Positions 24,790 through 37,189 of a stretch of DNA of 64,000 nt are shown here, in pieces (the stretch's first letter is position 1; the number at the start of each line of letters is the position of its first letter). Under the pieces are notes generated by a model, which had not been told where the DNA came from, did not search any database, and saw nothing but the letters and a program-made list of their open reading frames with translations. The position numbers and the translations under genes were made by a program. The DNA comes from Macrostomum lignano (Eukaryota). The DNA lies in NCBI GenBank assembly GCA_002269645.1, contig NIVC01000990.1, positions 62,001 to 126,000 on the forward strand, written 5' to 3'.

Positions 24790-25170
24790 GAACACCCAAA
24801 GGACATTGCAAGGTTGCTGAATGTAAAAGAAGATGGTTTGCAGCATGTATCAGCGCGTTGAAACTCTGCTGGCAGAGATTGCCTGCGAAAGGGTGGCAAT
24901 TGCCAAGGCAAGTTGCTCGAGAGCCTCAGGTCCAAATGCTACTCGATGCAGTTGAGACGAACCCTTTGTTGACGTTGCAGAAATGCAGCAGAAGTTGAAG
25001 GAACAGTTCCAGTTGGTTATCAGATTTTGACTATCAGCAGAGCTCTGGAAAAGCGACTGAAAATTGTTGGTAGAGACGCTGACATTCCAGCGGTCCGCAA
25101 CAATCGCAGACGGTTGCGAGAAGGCAAGATTTTGTCCAATGGCTCACGAGCGTTCGGATCAAATTGATGC
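24790..25170 (+). pseudogene. frameshifted Tc1/IS630-superfamily transposase N-terminal (HTH) remnant
   Basis: Stitched frames read IARLLNV..RKGGN..GKLL..LLDAVETNPLLTL.EMQQKL..TISRAL..RNN..ARRQDFVQW, typical of the paired-HTH region. Multiple indels, no DDE seen. Confidence 0.6.
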
Positions 25171-25216
25171 TTGTTGGATCAAATTGAATGCCGCTGTGCC
25201 AGCCTTGCTACCATAG

Positions 25217-25380
25217 ACAAAAGCTTCACTGCATTGGCAAATCTATCTTGGATTAACTTCAATGCACGTAGGCCCAAATGGGCTGCAAAAAGCTATAGTA
25301 GAACATAAGTTAGGCAGTATAGGCAGTAGGGCCGAGTGCATTGAATTTAGATAGATTTGCCAATGCAATGAAGCTTTTGT
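25217..25380. mobile_element. 164-bp foldback/MITE-like element
   Basis: 31-bp arms ACAAAAGCTTCACTGCATTGGCAAATCTATC (25217-25247) and the reverse complement at 25350-25380 with 1 mismatch, plus inner 10-bp arms. Confidence 0.75.
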
Positions 25381-27119
25381 AAATAAAATAGTGCTGCTGT
25401 CGTCTTTTTTGAAATTTATATATAACAAGCCAAATGGATGTTCATAGCATTGGTAATTTCCAACCTTAAATACTCAAAATTTTAAAAAGTAATTTTCAAA
25501 TTTTAATCATTTTTACTGTTTAACTGGTTTGTTTTATCAACCCCAAGCAAAAATGTGTGTGCGCGTTATGCGAATTAGAATAAAAGTATGCATTCAGGGT
25601 TGGCGTCCGAGTTTGTACAAGTAATTAATGGGTGTCAAACATTCATGTAACTTAAAAGGACAGCTTTTTAGCAAAATAATTTTTCAACTATTACTCAATG
25701 CTTAATAAAGCATTTGGACTTAGTAACAAACTGCCTTAGTACGAGCGTGTCTCGTAATTAATCTACCCGTATCGTGTCGATGTGCAACAGTAGCTTACTA
25801 AGACCCATCGAGCTCCTAGCAATTCACAAAAAGAGTTACATTTTCTCGATTTCTTAATAATTTTGTTAGTTTTACTTCCTCAATGCTTTTTTCACTAGTT
25901 TGTGTCTACGAATACTTACAAGAACAAACTTCAATACATACAAGTATACATATATATATATATGAAACAGGTATTTTAAAAGCAAAATATTCTCGTATTA
26001 AGGAAGCAAGTTACATGTGAGTGACTAATTAGCTAAGCTAAAAAAGCTAGTCTCATAGTTTAAAACTAACGAGCTCGTCGTCCGCAAGCTATTTATTAAA
26101 ACTGCAATATTTTAAAAAGCCTCAACCAGAGTACCAGACGCACAAAAATGCTAAAAGTCTAAGGAATTTTGAGCACAACGTTAATAACCGCAGTGCTCAG
26201 ACACTTTCCGGACTTCCCCTTAATGCCGAAGTAATTATTTACCTCCTTTATTGTCATGTCTGCCCCTAGCCTGCAATTCCAATTGCAGCGTCTCCTCTCC
26301 CCTCACGGCTAATAAACAAGACGCGCAAGGATTTGTACGTTTATAAGGAAAGCGAGCGGGACTCTAAAAATAAAAACACGCGCATATTAAAAAAATCAAC
26401 AACAAAAAAGTTTTCAAGCTAAAAAAACGGAGCTATCCAAATAAAGTTTGGATTACTATTGTCGATAATTGGGCCACTATCGACTCGCTGCCTCTTAAGG
26501 AGACCCAGGAAACTAGAATCACGGATTGGAAATCAAGCTACTATTGTTTGCTTAACAAATTATCTCAGGGTCTCACTGAAAGGCTGAATAAATTATTCGT
26601 AGTCTTCGAATAATCTTAAGTCAATACGAAAGAAATGAATTAAAGTAACTTCGGATGCCACACAGAAATTATGACAACTATATTGGCAAAAGATGAACAC
26701 CAGATCTTTGTTCAAAATCTCCATGGTGTGCAAGTCCAATAATGAAGACATCAAGAAAAATATCCTACATAGCAGCCAGCCCTAATTTCAAGATTGTTTA
26801 AAAAAGCCCCCCCTGGCGTGTATTTATCGCAATAAAATAATACATAAAGTACTTTCCCATCGAGTCAGCTCCCATGCATATTACTCATATAATCTAACAA
26901 GGCCAACGGACCCGTATGGCCTGGCCTTATTAAAATCCAACTGCGCAATTCATAGGGGAACTTAGAGCGAAAACTGCTGTATAATAAACTTGCCAAAAAG
27001 TGGAAAGAATTATATGCAAAAACCATGGCAGCCTGAATATAGCAACGAAATTTTCTATTATTAAATATTTTAAGACAAGTCATTTATACTGCAACTCAGA
27101 TGTAAAAATAAGACGAGTA

Positions 27120-28790
27120 ATCTCACTAGACTAAGATGTGAAATGAGACACTTCATTTCACTAGACCGAGATGTGAAATGAGACACTTCATCTCACTAGA
27201 CTAAGATGTGAAATGAGACACTTCATTTCACTAGACCGAGATGTGAAATGAGACACTTCATCTCACTAGACTAAGATGTGAAATGAGACACTTCATCTCA
27301 CTAGACCGAGATGTGAAATGAGACACTTCATCTCACTAGACCGAGATGTGAAATGAGACACTTCATCTCACTAGACCGAGATGTGAAATGAGACACTTCA
27401 TCTCACTAGACCGAGATGTGAAATGAGACACTTCATCTCACTAGACCGAGATGTGAAATGAGACACTTCATCTCACTAGACTGAGTTGCGAAAGAGACAA
27501 TTCATCTCACTAGACTCAGATGTGAAATGAGACACTTCATCCTGCTAGACTCAAATGTGAAATGAGACACTTCATCTCACTAGACCGAGATGTGAAATGA
27601 GACACTTCATCTCACTAGACTGAGTTGCGAAAGAGACAATTCATCTCACTAGACTCAGATGTGAAATGAGACACTTCATCCTGCTAGACTCAAATGTGAA
27701 AAGAGACACTTCATCTCACTAGACTGAGTTGCGAAAGAGACAATTCATCTCACTAGACTCAGATGTGAAATGAGACACTTCATCCTGCTGGACTCAAATG
27801 TGAAAAGAGACACTTCATCTCACTAGACTGAGTTGCGAAAGAGACAATTCATCTCACTAGACTCAGATGTGAAATGAGACACTTCATCCTGCTAGACTCA
27901 AATGTGAAAAGAGACACTTCATCTCACTAGACTGAGTTGCGAAATGAGACAATTCATCTCACTAGACTCAGATGTGAAATGAGACACTTCATCCTGCTAG
28001 ACTCAAATGTGAAAAGAGACACTTCATCTCACTAGACTGAGTTGCGAAATGAGACACTTCATCTCACTAGACTCAGATGTGAAATGAGACACTTCATCCT
28101 GCTAGACTCAAATGTGAAAAGAGACACTTCATCTCACTAGACTGAGTTGCGAAATGAGACAATTCATCTCACTAGACTCAGATGTGAAATGAGACACTTC
28201 ATCCTGCTAGACTCAAATGTGAAAAGAGACACTTCATCTCACTAGACTGAGTTGCGAAATGAGACACTTCATCTCACTAGACTCAGATGTGAAATGAGAC
28301 ACTTCATCCTGCTAGACTCAAATGTGAAATGAGACAATTCATCTCACTAGACTCAGATGTGAAATGAGACACTTCATCTCACTAGACCGAGATGTGAAAT
28401 GAGACACTTCATCTCACTAGACCGAGATGTGAAATGAGACACTTCATCTCACTAGACCGAGATGTGAAATGAGACACTTCATCTCACTAGACCGAGATGT
28501 GAAATGAGACACTTCATCTCACTAGACCGAGATGTGAAATGAGACACTTCATCTCACTAGACCGAGATGTGAAATGAGACACTTCATCTCACTAGACCGA
28601 GATGTGAAATGAGACACTTCATCTCACTAGACTGAGTTGCGAAAGAGACAATTCATCTCACTAGACTCAGATGTGAAATGAGACACTTCATCCTGCTAGA
28701 CTCAAATGTGAAAAGAGACACTTCATCTCACTAGACTGAGTTGCGAAATGAGACAATTCATCTCACTAGACTCAGATGTGAAATGAGATA
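27120..28790. repeat. 35-bp satellite with an internal 104/105-bp trimeric higher-order repeat
   Basis: Monomer CTAGACCGAGATGTGAAATGAGACACTTCATCTCA. The variant CTGAGTTGCG recurs at 27620, 27724, 27828, 27932, 28037, 28142, 28247. Confidence 0.96.
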
Positions 28791-29149
28791 ACGCGACACC
28801 TGATCTCGTGAATCAAATATGGAATATCAAATGAGACACTACATCAATCGTTCTTATTTAAAATCATTCTTTTTTAACTCGCATTTTTGTAGTTTAAATA
28901 ATTTTTCATATCAAGCAACTCGAGCATCCTGCGCTATTTTTCACATTCATAAATCCGAACCATTTTTTGGACAGCGGCTGACTGCATGGGGCGCGTGCCC
29001 CAGTTACTGGACAGGAGAGAGACGCGGGCACGCCGGTGTGACCTCAGATTTCAAAGACGGGGAAGTACGAATGCATTGTACAGCCGTAAGACCTATCTTG
29101 GACTTTTAAACTTGTCTGTTTGACCCGGCTGTCTGAGAAACCATGCAGG

Positions 29150-29600
29150 TTTTGGAGATAGACAAGACCTCAAGGACGTCAGGTAGAATTACTCAGGTCG
29201 ACAAGAGCTCAAGGACGTCAGGAAGAATTACTCAGGTCTACAAGACCTCAAGGACGTCAGGTAGAATTACTCAGGTCTACAAGACCTCAAGGACATCAGG
29301 TAGAAGTACTCAGGTCTACAGGAACTCAAGGACGTCAGGTAGAATTGCTCAGGTCTACAAGACCTCAAGGACGTCAGGAAGAATTGCTCAGGTCTACAAG
29401 AACTCTAGGACGTCAGGTAGAATTACTCAAGTCGACAAGAGCTCAAGGACGTCAGGTAAAAGTACTCAGATCTACAAGAACTCAAGGACGAGGTAGAATT
29501 GCTTGCTTAGATAGACAAGAACTCATAAAATTCAGGTAGAATTAACCAGAAAGACAAGAACTCTAGGACGTCAGGTAGAATTGCTTGGATAGAACAGACT
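29150..29600. repeat. 39-bp tandem array (AAGACCTCAAGGACGTCAGGTAGAATTACTCAGGTCTAC)
   Basis: 13-aa periodicity of the overlapping ORF confirms period 39. Confidence 0.92.
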
Positions 29601-30247
29601 CAATGAGAATTGCTCACATGGGCAAAGAACTCAATCAAAGCTAAGGATTTGGAGAGAAAGGATCAAGAAAGCAAGATAATTCTCAGTAAATTACATGCTT
29701 CAACCTACCTGATGATCCTGAAGGTGATCAGATCAGAGAGTAGGACAGTCTAATACACGGTTAATGCTAGGCAAGAGAGGCGTGCTTAAAGATTAACTGA
29801 TTTAACTGACACTGAAGCTCATTTTATTCAATCGAGGACAGGGCGCACACACAAATGCAAAAGCGGAGCTGTTGTCGGCAAACAAGAAAAAGATAAATTA
29901 AAATTTGCAATGCTAATTTTTACAAGTACATTCAACCCGATTGCGGGTGAACTGAATTGAAAGAAGTGAAGAGCTCAAAAATACGCAGGATATAAAGTCT
30001 GTATGTAGAAAAACTGATTGACAAAAAAGAGAAGAGGATTATGTTTAGTACGAGGGGTGTTGTAAAGTTTCCAAGCTTGAAGCAACAAACGCATGGGTTT
30101 TATAAAACGATCTGTAAATTGAAATTGTCTCTGGCTATCCAGTCACTGATGTTGTTTTTCCTTGCCGTTGACATGTCAGAATAAAGTTCCGTTGGCTCTC
30201 AGCAAGCAGCAAGTTGCCCGTGACAAATTTAAAATGGCTCCCTAGGC

Positions 30248-30722
30248 CATGGCTCAATATGGGATTTGCTGAGATGCCATGGCTCAATGGGGGATTTGCT
30301 GAGATGCCATGGCTCAATATGGGATTTGCTGAGATGCCATGGCTCAATGGGGGAGTTGCTGAGATGCCATGGCTCAATATGGGATTTGCTGAGATGCCAT
30401 GGCTCAATGGGGGATTTGCTGAGATGCCATGGCTCAATATGGGATTTGCTGAGATGCCATGGCTCAATGGGGGAGTTGCTGAGATGCCATGGCGCAATAT
30501 GGGATTTGCTGAGATGCCATGGCTCAATAGAGGAGTTGCTGAGATGCCATGGCTCAATAGAGGAGTTGCTGAGATGCCATGGCTCAATAGAGGAGTTGCT
30601 GAGATGCCATGGCTCAATGGGGGAGTTGCTGAGATGCCATGGCTCAATGGGGGAGTTGCTGAGATGCCATGACTCAATGGGGGGAGTTGCTGAGATGCTA
30701 TGACTCAATCGGGGAGTTGCTC
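30248..30722. repeat. 30-bp tandem array (GAGATGCCATGGCTCAATATGGGATTTGCT) with alternating variants
   Basis: The period is visible in register across the 60-nt lines. Confidence 0.96.
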
Positions 30723-31371
30723 AGATACAAATGAGATTACTACTATCATATTTCATGACAGGTATAGCCGCTGAGTCATATTGTCCGAAATACACAGTAC
30801 ATAGTATTTTTAATGTATTGTACTTTGTCAAGAAGAAACAAAACAGCAATTTCGCTTTCTTTTGTTGTTGCTGCTGACGCACCTGCGTCTAGACACTTAA
30901 TTAAAACCATAGAAACGCAACAATTTATAGCAATGAATGCATGAAATTATCCAAGAAATATTGCATTGCAACGCCCTTAATTCAAATACTAAAAGCAGAC
31001 AGAGAAGCAATAAAATATTAAATAATATTAAAGGCGAGGTCCATTTCTGCGGCTTCTCTCGCCGCTATATCGGAATTTACAATTTTTTTCTCTTTTAGAA
31101 GCAGCAAAAAGCAACACAACCGATAGAAACCTTTCAACAGTAGCAGCAGAAAGAAATTGGTGCAGTCAAGCATCGTTTGAAACTAAAAGCAGTTAAGCTA
31201 ACAATAATTTGATCAGTACGTCTCCTTCAATTGCGTCTAGACGTATAACAATAAAATAAAAAACAATTTTCATAATCAAAATGCACTACTTGGCTAAGTA
31301 GAGAAATAGGAGAATACCAACAATTTTTATATAGAAAACACATTGGATTTAGATAGAAAGTAACGACTTAC

Positions 31372-31541
31372 CTGTTCATAATTGGCGTACAATTCAGTAT
31401 TATTAGCTCTGGGTGGCCACTGCTGAGCCTGAGCTGACAGCATTAGTGAGAACGGCTGTGTGAGGGCTCTGGAATTGGACGAGAAGTTTCGATGCACAAG
31501 CTGCATTGCACGGACTGACGACTACCGATATGATGAGGCAA
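31372..31541 (-). CDS. probable exon of unidentified gene X (acceptor choice and frame uncertain)
   Basis: Acceptor ttctag at 31542 abuts the array, with an alternative CAG at 31501. Perfect donor CAG|GTAAGT at 31371. Confidence 0.45.
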
Positions 31542-31549
31542 CTAGAACT

Positions 31550-32961
31550 CAGGGAGGGTAGTGGGTGTTTGCACTGAGTGAGGGAGGGTAGTGGGTGTCT
31601 GCACTGGGTGAGGAAGGGTAGCGGGTGTTTGCACTGGGTGAGGGAGGTTAGTGGGTGTTTGCACTGAGTGAGGGAGGGTAGCGGGTGTTTGCACTGAGTG
31701 AGGGAGGGTAGCAGGTGTCTGCACTGAGAGAGGGAGGGTAGCAGGTGTCTGCAGTGGGTGATGGAGGGTAGCGGGTGTCTGCACTGAGTGAGGGAGGGTA
31801 GCGGGTGTCTGCACTGAGTGGGGGAGGGTAGCAGGTGTCTGCAGTGGGTGATGGAGGCTAGCGGGTGTCTGCACTGAGTGAGGGAGGGTAGCGGGTGTTT
31901 GCACTGAGTGAGGGAGGCTAGCGGGTGTCTGCAGTGGGTGAGGGAGGGTAGCGGGTGTCTGCACTGAGTGAGGGAGGCTAGCGGGTGTCTGCAGTGGGTG
32001 AGGGAGGGTAGCGGGTGTCTGCAGTGGGTGAGGGAGGGTAGCAGGTGTCTGCAGTGGGTGAGGGAGGGTAGCAGGTGTCTGCAGTGGGTGAGGGAGGGTA
32101 GCAGGTGTCTGCAGTGGGTGAGGGAGGCTAGCGGGAGTCTGCACTGAGAGGGGGAGGGTAGCGGGTGTCTGCAGTGGGTGATGGAGGGTAGCGGGTGTCT
32201 GCACTGAGTGAGGGAGGCTAGCGGGTGTCTGCAGTGGGTGAGGGAGGGTAGCGGGTGTCTGCACTGAGTGAGGGAGGGTAGCAGGTGTCTGCAGTGGGTG
32301 ATGGAGGGTAGCGGGTGTCTGCACTGAGTGAGGGAGGCTAGCGGGTGTCTGCAGTGGGTGAGGGAGGGTAGCGGGTGTCTGCACTGAGTGAGGGAGGCTA
32401 GCGGGTGTCTGCAGTGGGTGAGGGAGGGTAGCGGGTGTCTGCAGTGGGTGAGGGAGGGTAGCAGGTGTCTGCAGTGGGTGAGGGAGGGTAGCAGGTGTCT
32501 GCAGTGGGTGAGGGAGGGTAGCAGGTGTCTGCAGTGGGTGAGGGAGGCTAGCGGGTGTCTGCAGTGGGTGAGGGAGGGTAGCGGGTGTCTGCAGTGGGTG
32601 AGGGAGGGTAGCGGGTGTCTGCAGTGGGTGAGGGAGGGTAGCGGGTGTCTGCAGTGGGTGAGGGAGGGTAGCAGGTGTCTGCAGTGGGTGAGGGAGGGTA
32701 GCAGGTGTCTGCAGTGGGTGAGGGAGGGTAGCAGGTGTCTGCAGTGGGTGAGGGAGGGTAGCGGGTGTCTGCAGTGGGTGAGGGAGGGTAGCAGGTGTCT
32801 GCAGTGGGTGAGGGAGGGTAGCAGGTGTCTGCAGTGGGTGAGGGAGGCTAGCGGGTGTCTGCAGTGGGTGAGGGAGGTTAGTGGGTGTCTGCAGTGGGTG
32901 AGGGAGGGTAGCGGGTGTCTGCAGTGGGTGAGGGAGGTTAGTGGGTGTCTGCAGTGGGTGA
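31550..32961. repeat. 30-bp G-rich tandem array (GCAGTGGGTGAGGGAGGGTAGCGGGTGTCT), about 47 copies
   Basis: Period 30. It fills the space between donor 32972 and acceptor 31542. Confidence 0.97.
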
Positions 32962-32972
32962 GTACAGCTCAC

Positions 32973-33003
32973 TCCATAGCCAATGCGACCCAGCACAGGT
33001 GAG
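32973..33003 (-). CDS. probable 31-nt micro-exon of gene X (SPVLGRIGYG)
   Basis: Acceptor tttag at 33004, donor GTGAGC at 32972. Phase 2 in matches the donor at 35137, phase 0 out. Confidence 0.5.
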
Positions 33004-33539
33004 CTAAATTAAGCTGCAGTGCTTTAAAAAACGCCCAGTGCTACCACTACAATTTAGAAGGACATTTGAGAAGCTGTCGATTCCTCGCTCAGTCAGTAGC
33101 CGGGGGGGGGGGGGGGGGTGACACCAGACGCCAGACAGGAAATGGACAGGAGAAGCAAAAATGCGCAGGAAACACATCCATCCACTGTGTGATGAGTAGA
33201 AGCAGGCTATTCTGAGAAGAGCCGATAATCTTAGAAAAAAAAATTCGCTGCCCTCTCACTCAATTTCCGACACGCTTTCAATCTAGTAATCATGTAACGA
33301 GTGAGTGTCAGGGGGAGGTAAAGAGCTGGCGAGGATCAAGTTAACAGTAGGAGCATGGCAACCAGCAGATTGTCAAATGGCGACAATTAGCAAATATGCG
33401 ACTGCCATCAAATGGCAGAGCAGGGCAGGGGGGGGAGGGTAGAAAAGGCTGCAGTGCGGTGGCACTCTTGCCATGGCTATTCTGTGACTGTGCTATGCAT
33501 GCTTAGGCCAACAGCATCCATTACATCACATCAACAGTA

Positions 33540-34092
33540 TCAATCTCAGCATATATATATCATACAAGATTAAACTTATCAATCACACAAGATCAATATT
33601 ATCAATCAGACAATATTATTATCAATCACACAAGATCAATATTATCAATCAGACAATATTATTATTATCAATCACACAAGATCATATATACTAAAAATAC
33701 AACACTAAAAATCACAAAATATCAACAGTATCGATCACAGCACATCAACAGTAGCAATCATATAAGAACAACAGTATCAATCACACAAAATGAACATTAT
33801 CAATCACAATATCAATATTATTTATCGCACAAGGGCAATATTATCAGACAAGGTCAATTTTATCAATCAGACAAGGTCAATATTATGAATCAGACAAGGT
33901 CAATATTATCAATCAGACAAGGTCAATATTATCAATCAGACAAGGTCAATATTATTAATCAGACAAGGTCAATTTTATCAATCAGACAAGGGCAATATTA
34001 TCAATCAGACAAGGTCAATATTATCAATCAGACAAGGTCAATTTTATCAATCAGACAATATCTATATTATCAATCAGACAAGGTCAATATTA
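33540..34092. repeat. 23-bp AT-rich array (ATCAATCAGACAAGGTCAATATT), homogeneous from 33845
   Basis: AGGTCA at 33851, 33874, 33897, 33920, 33943, 33966, 34012, 34035, 34081. Confidence 0.93.
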
Positions 34093-34794
34093 TCCATTCC
34101 CAAAGCCTACAAACCAGCTAGTTTCAAAGCAAAGCACACTGAATAGTCTCAGTTGCATTCGAATGAGACAACATTAAAAATAAATATTTAGTGTTGGTAT
34201 ATTTTTGTTAAAATACTGGAATATTTAATTCACTTTTGCCAATACTATTAATTAAATTAGAAAGCTGGGTAGAAGTATGAATTAAGGAGGACCAAAAAAT
34301 TACAATAACTGCATGAGAGTCATACAGAGTGTGTTAAGCCATACAATGGTATACAATATAACCAGGAGACGAGGCTAAAAGTACACGTATAAGTGCTTTT
34401 TGCATTTTCCTGATACAAATGACAATAGAGATGCAAAATAATCGAGATAAAACGGTGTCTTTATGATATAAAAGTACAAAAAATAACTTGTTTTATCGGG
34501 CAACGTGCAAAGTCGACACGAATTGAGGTGTGGAATTTATCGAATATTAATTCATAATAATTTTTATCAGACTAGAAAAGCTGAAACTTGGGTAAATATT
34601 TTGTAAGATTATTTTTGGCCCCAAGACAAGACAACGATATTGACACTGGGAGCGGGTCTCAGAAGAAAACGCAAAAGCAGAAATACAATGCTGTCGAAAA
34701 CAAAGAGCAGAAAACACACAAAAAGCCGCTTAAAATAGGTAAAAAGCGCTATCAATGGCAGGAAGCAGATTTATTTCAGTCATTTCAGATAATT

Positions 34795-34978
34795 ATTTAA
34801 GTCATTCAGACAATCAATGATTTGAGTCACTCAGACAATCAATAATTTGAGTCATTCAGACAATCAATGAATTGAGTCATTAAGTCAATCAATGATTTGA
34901 GTCATTTCAGATAGTAATATGAGTCATTTCAGATATTGATTTTTGAGTCACTTTAGATAATTATGAATTGAGTCACCA
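34795..34978. repeat. degenerate array with 7 TGAGTCA cores
   Basis: Direct reading. Confidence 0.75.
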
Positions 34979-35137
34979 ACAAAACGCAGACAGACCAATT
35001 TAACAGCTACCTCGGACACTTTAATTAGTTCAACTGAATTTATCTTGGCAAAAATGGCAACACTTTTAACTGACAGAAAATACTAGAAATTCTGGCCGAC
35101 TGGTCGATTATAAACGCATTAAATCAATAATAATTAC

Positions 35138-35588
35138 TTTAATATTAAAGAATCGTCATTCCCTACCGCTTTCCCAGCAACATTATTTGCAAGCGATTGA
35201 TTGACAGTTAAATTACTACTGCTACTAGTAGTAACATCCGCACTATTGCAAACCCGATCGAAATAGTTATGCTTGGCTACCTTGTAATGCTTCAGATACA
35301 GCTGCATTGAGCTAGCCGAAATGGCGTTGCTACGCTGACGCGGCTTCAAGACTTGAGGCTGCTGCTGCTGCTGCTGTTGTTGCCGAGCAGCTCGAATATT
35401 CGACAACTGCTCCGACAGCTGCTGTTGCGCGGACGAGTCGTCCGCATCTGCGGCGCTAAACTCGGCGCCTTCGCTGGTGCTGCCGCTGCGCAAGGACTGC
35501 ACCGAGGCCGTAGTTGATTCCGCTTTGCCCAGATTGTTCGGTTCGCTCAGCATCTCAGATAATTGATGATAACACACACTGCACACAA
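35138..35588 (-). CDS. exon of unidentified gene X: VCSVCYHQL (CxxC, resembles a FYVE-type finger tail), polyQ, Ser-rich
   Basis: 150-codon GC-richer ORF preceded by a pyrimidine tract and AAG/CAG acceptor (phase 1). Donor AA|GTAATT at 35137 (phase 2). No upstream exons identified. Confidence 0.6.
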
Positions 35589-36139
35589 CTGCTTATCCGA
35601 TATTGACGAGAACGGAACGGAAAAAGGAAAGGAGAGTGGAGGGGAGGGTAAGGAGAGAAGTACTGACGAATCAGCCCGACTAACCAATCGCAATGCAAGG
35701 TGATCAGACTGTTTCTCGGGTTTAAGTTATACTCTTTGCTTAAGACAGCACAGGTCAACAACAACAACAACAAGGATCTCTTCTTGATTATTTTTCGTCG
35801 GCCCTCTCAACAAAAACTAACCTCATTCCTTAACCCTAGCCTTGATTCCCAATTGATGATTTTGAAAATATCCACTGGGGATTTTCCTGTTCAACCCCCT
35901 TACCCTGCCCAGCTGCTCAAGGCAAACAAATAAACATATTGATTAGAAAGATAAGGACCGTCAGGAGCCCACGGTAAAGACACGGGCTGCTAGATATCGA
36001 AGGTAGAAGGGTCTAAAAGCAGGAAAAATACTTTTAATTGACACTTTAAACACTTAAAATGCCCTCTGTTTAAAACTGCTTTGCCCTGTCAGTACGCTCG
36101 TAGGGAGCTTCTTCTGCCATATCTGTCCTTCAGTACGGA

Positions 36140-36890
36140 GCCTCTTCTACCAACAAACCTTCGGTAGGGAGCCTCTTCTACCAACAAACCTTCGGTAGGG
36201 AGCCTCTTCTACGAACAAACCTTCGGTAGGGAGCCTCTTCTACCAACAAACCTTCGGTAGGGAGCCTCTTCTACCAACAAACCTTCGGTAGGGAGCCTCT
36301 TCTACCAACAAACCTTCGGTAGGGAGCCTCTTCTACCAACAAACCTTCGGTAGGGAGCCTCTTCTACCAACAAACCTTCAGTTGGGAGCCTATTCTACCA
36401 ACAAACCTTCAGTTGGGAGCCTCTTCTACCAACAAACCTTCGGTAGGGAGCCTCTTCTACCAACAAACCTTCGGTAGGGAGCCTCTTCTACCAACAAACC
36501 TTCGGTAGGGAGCCTCTTCTACCAACAAACCTTCGGTAGGGAGCCTCTTCTACCAACAAACCTTCGGTAGGGAGCCTCTTCTACCAACAAACCTTCGGTA
36601 GGGAGCCTCTTCTACCAACAAACCTTCGGTAGGGAGCCTCTTCTACCAACAAACCTTCGGTAGGGAGCCTCTTCTACCAACAACACTTCAGTAGGGAGCC
36701 TCTTCTACCAACAACACTTCAGTAGGGAGCCTCTTCTACCAACAACACTTCAGTAGGGAGCCTCTTCTACCAACAACACTTCAGTAGGGAGCCTCTTCTA
36801 CCAACAACACTTCAGTAGGGAGCCTCTTCTACCAACAAACCTTCAGTTGGGAGCCTCTTCTACCAACAAACCTTCAGTTGGGAGCCTCTT
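36140..36890. repeat. 31-bp tandem array (GGGAGCCTCTTCTACCAACAAACCTTCGGTA), about 24 copies
   Basis: Period 31. Confidence 0.96.
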
Positions 36891-37189
36891 TCACCCTTAA
36901 CACTTGTCACACGTGTTAAAGTAAAACACCTTTGCCCCCTCTCCGAAAGACCATGAAATCAATGAAGCCGGATTCGTGCGATCACAGGATTTATACATCA
37001 AACTGCATTTCTTTCCTATACCTGTCGCGTGAGTTAAAAGCTTATTCAGTGATACGGATGCGAAATAAGAGTATAAAATGCTTGCTTTATGACAATCAGA
37101 AAGATTAATGCTGAGCCTAATCTTTCAAACCAAACAGTTGGTTTTTTCTAGCAAACCTACTTCTTACCTACATCAAAATCAAAATGAAA

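Noticed and set aside
29700-31000. Additional small - strand exons around the 30-bp array (for example GSHFKFVTGNLL... at 30241)
   Set aside because: Splice-like signals exist but I could not build a phase-consistent chain or recognise a domain.
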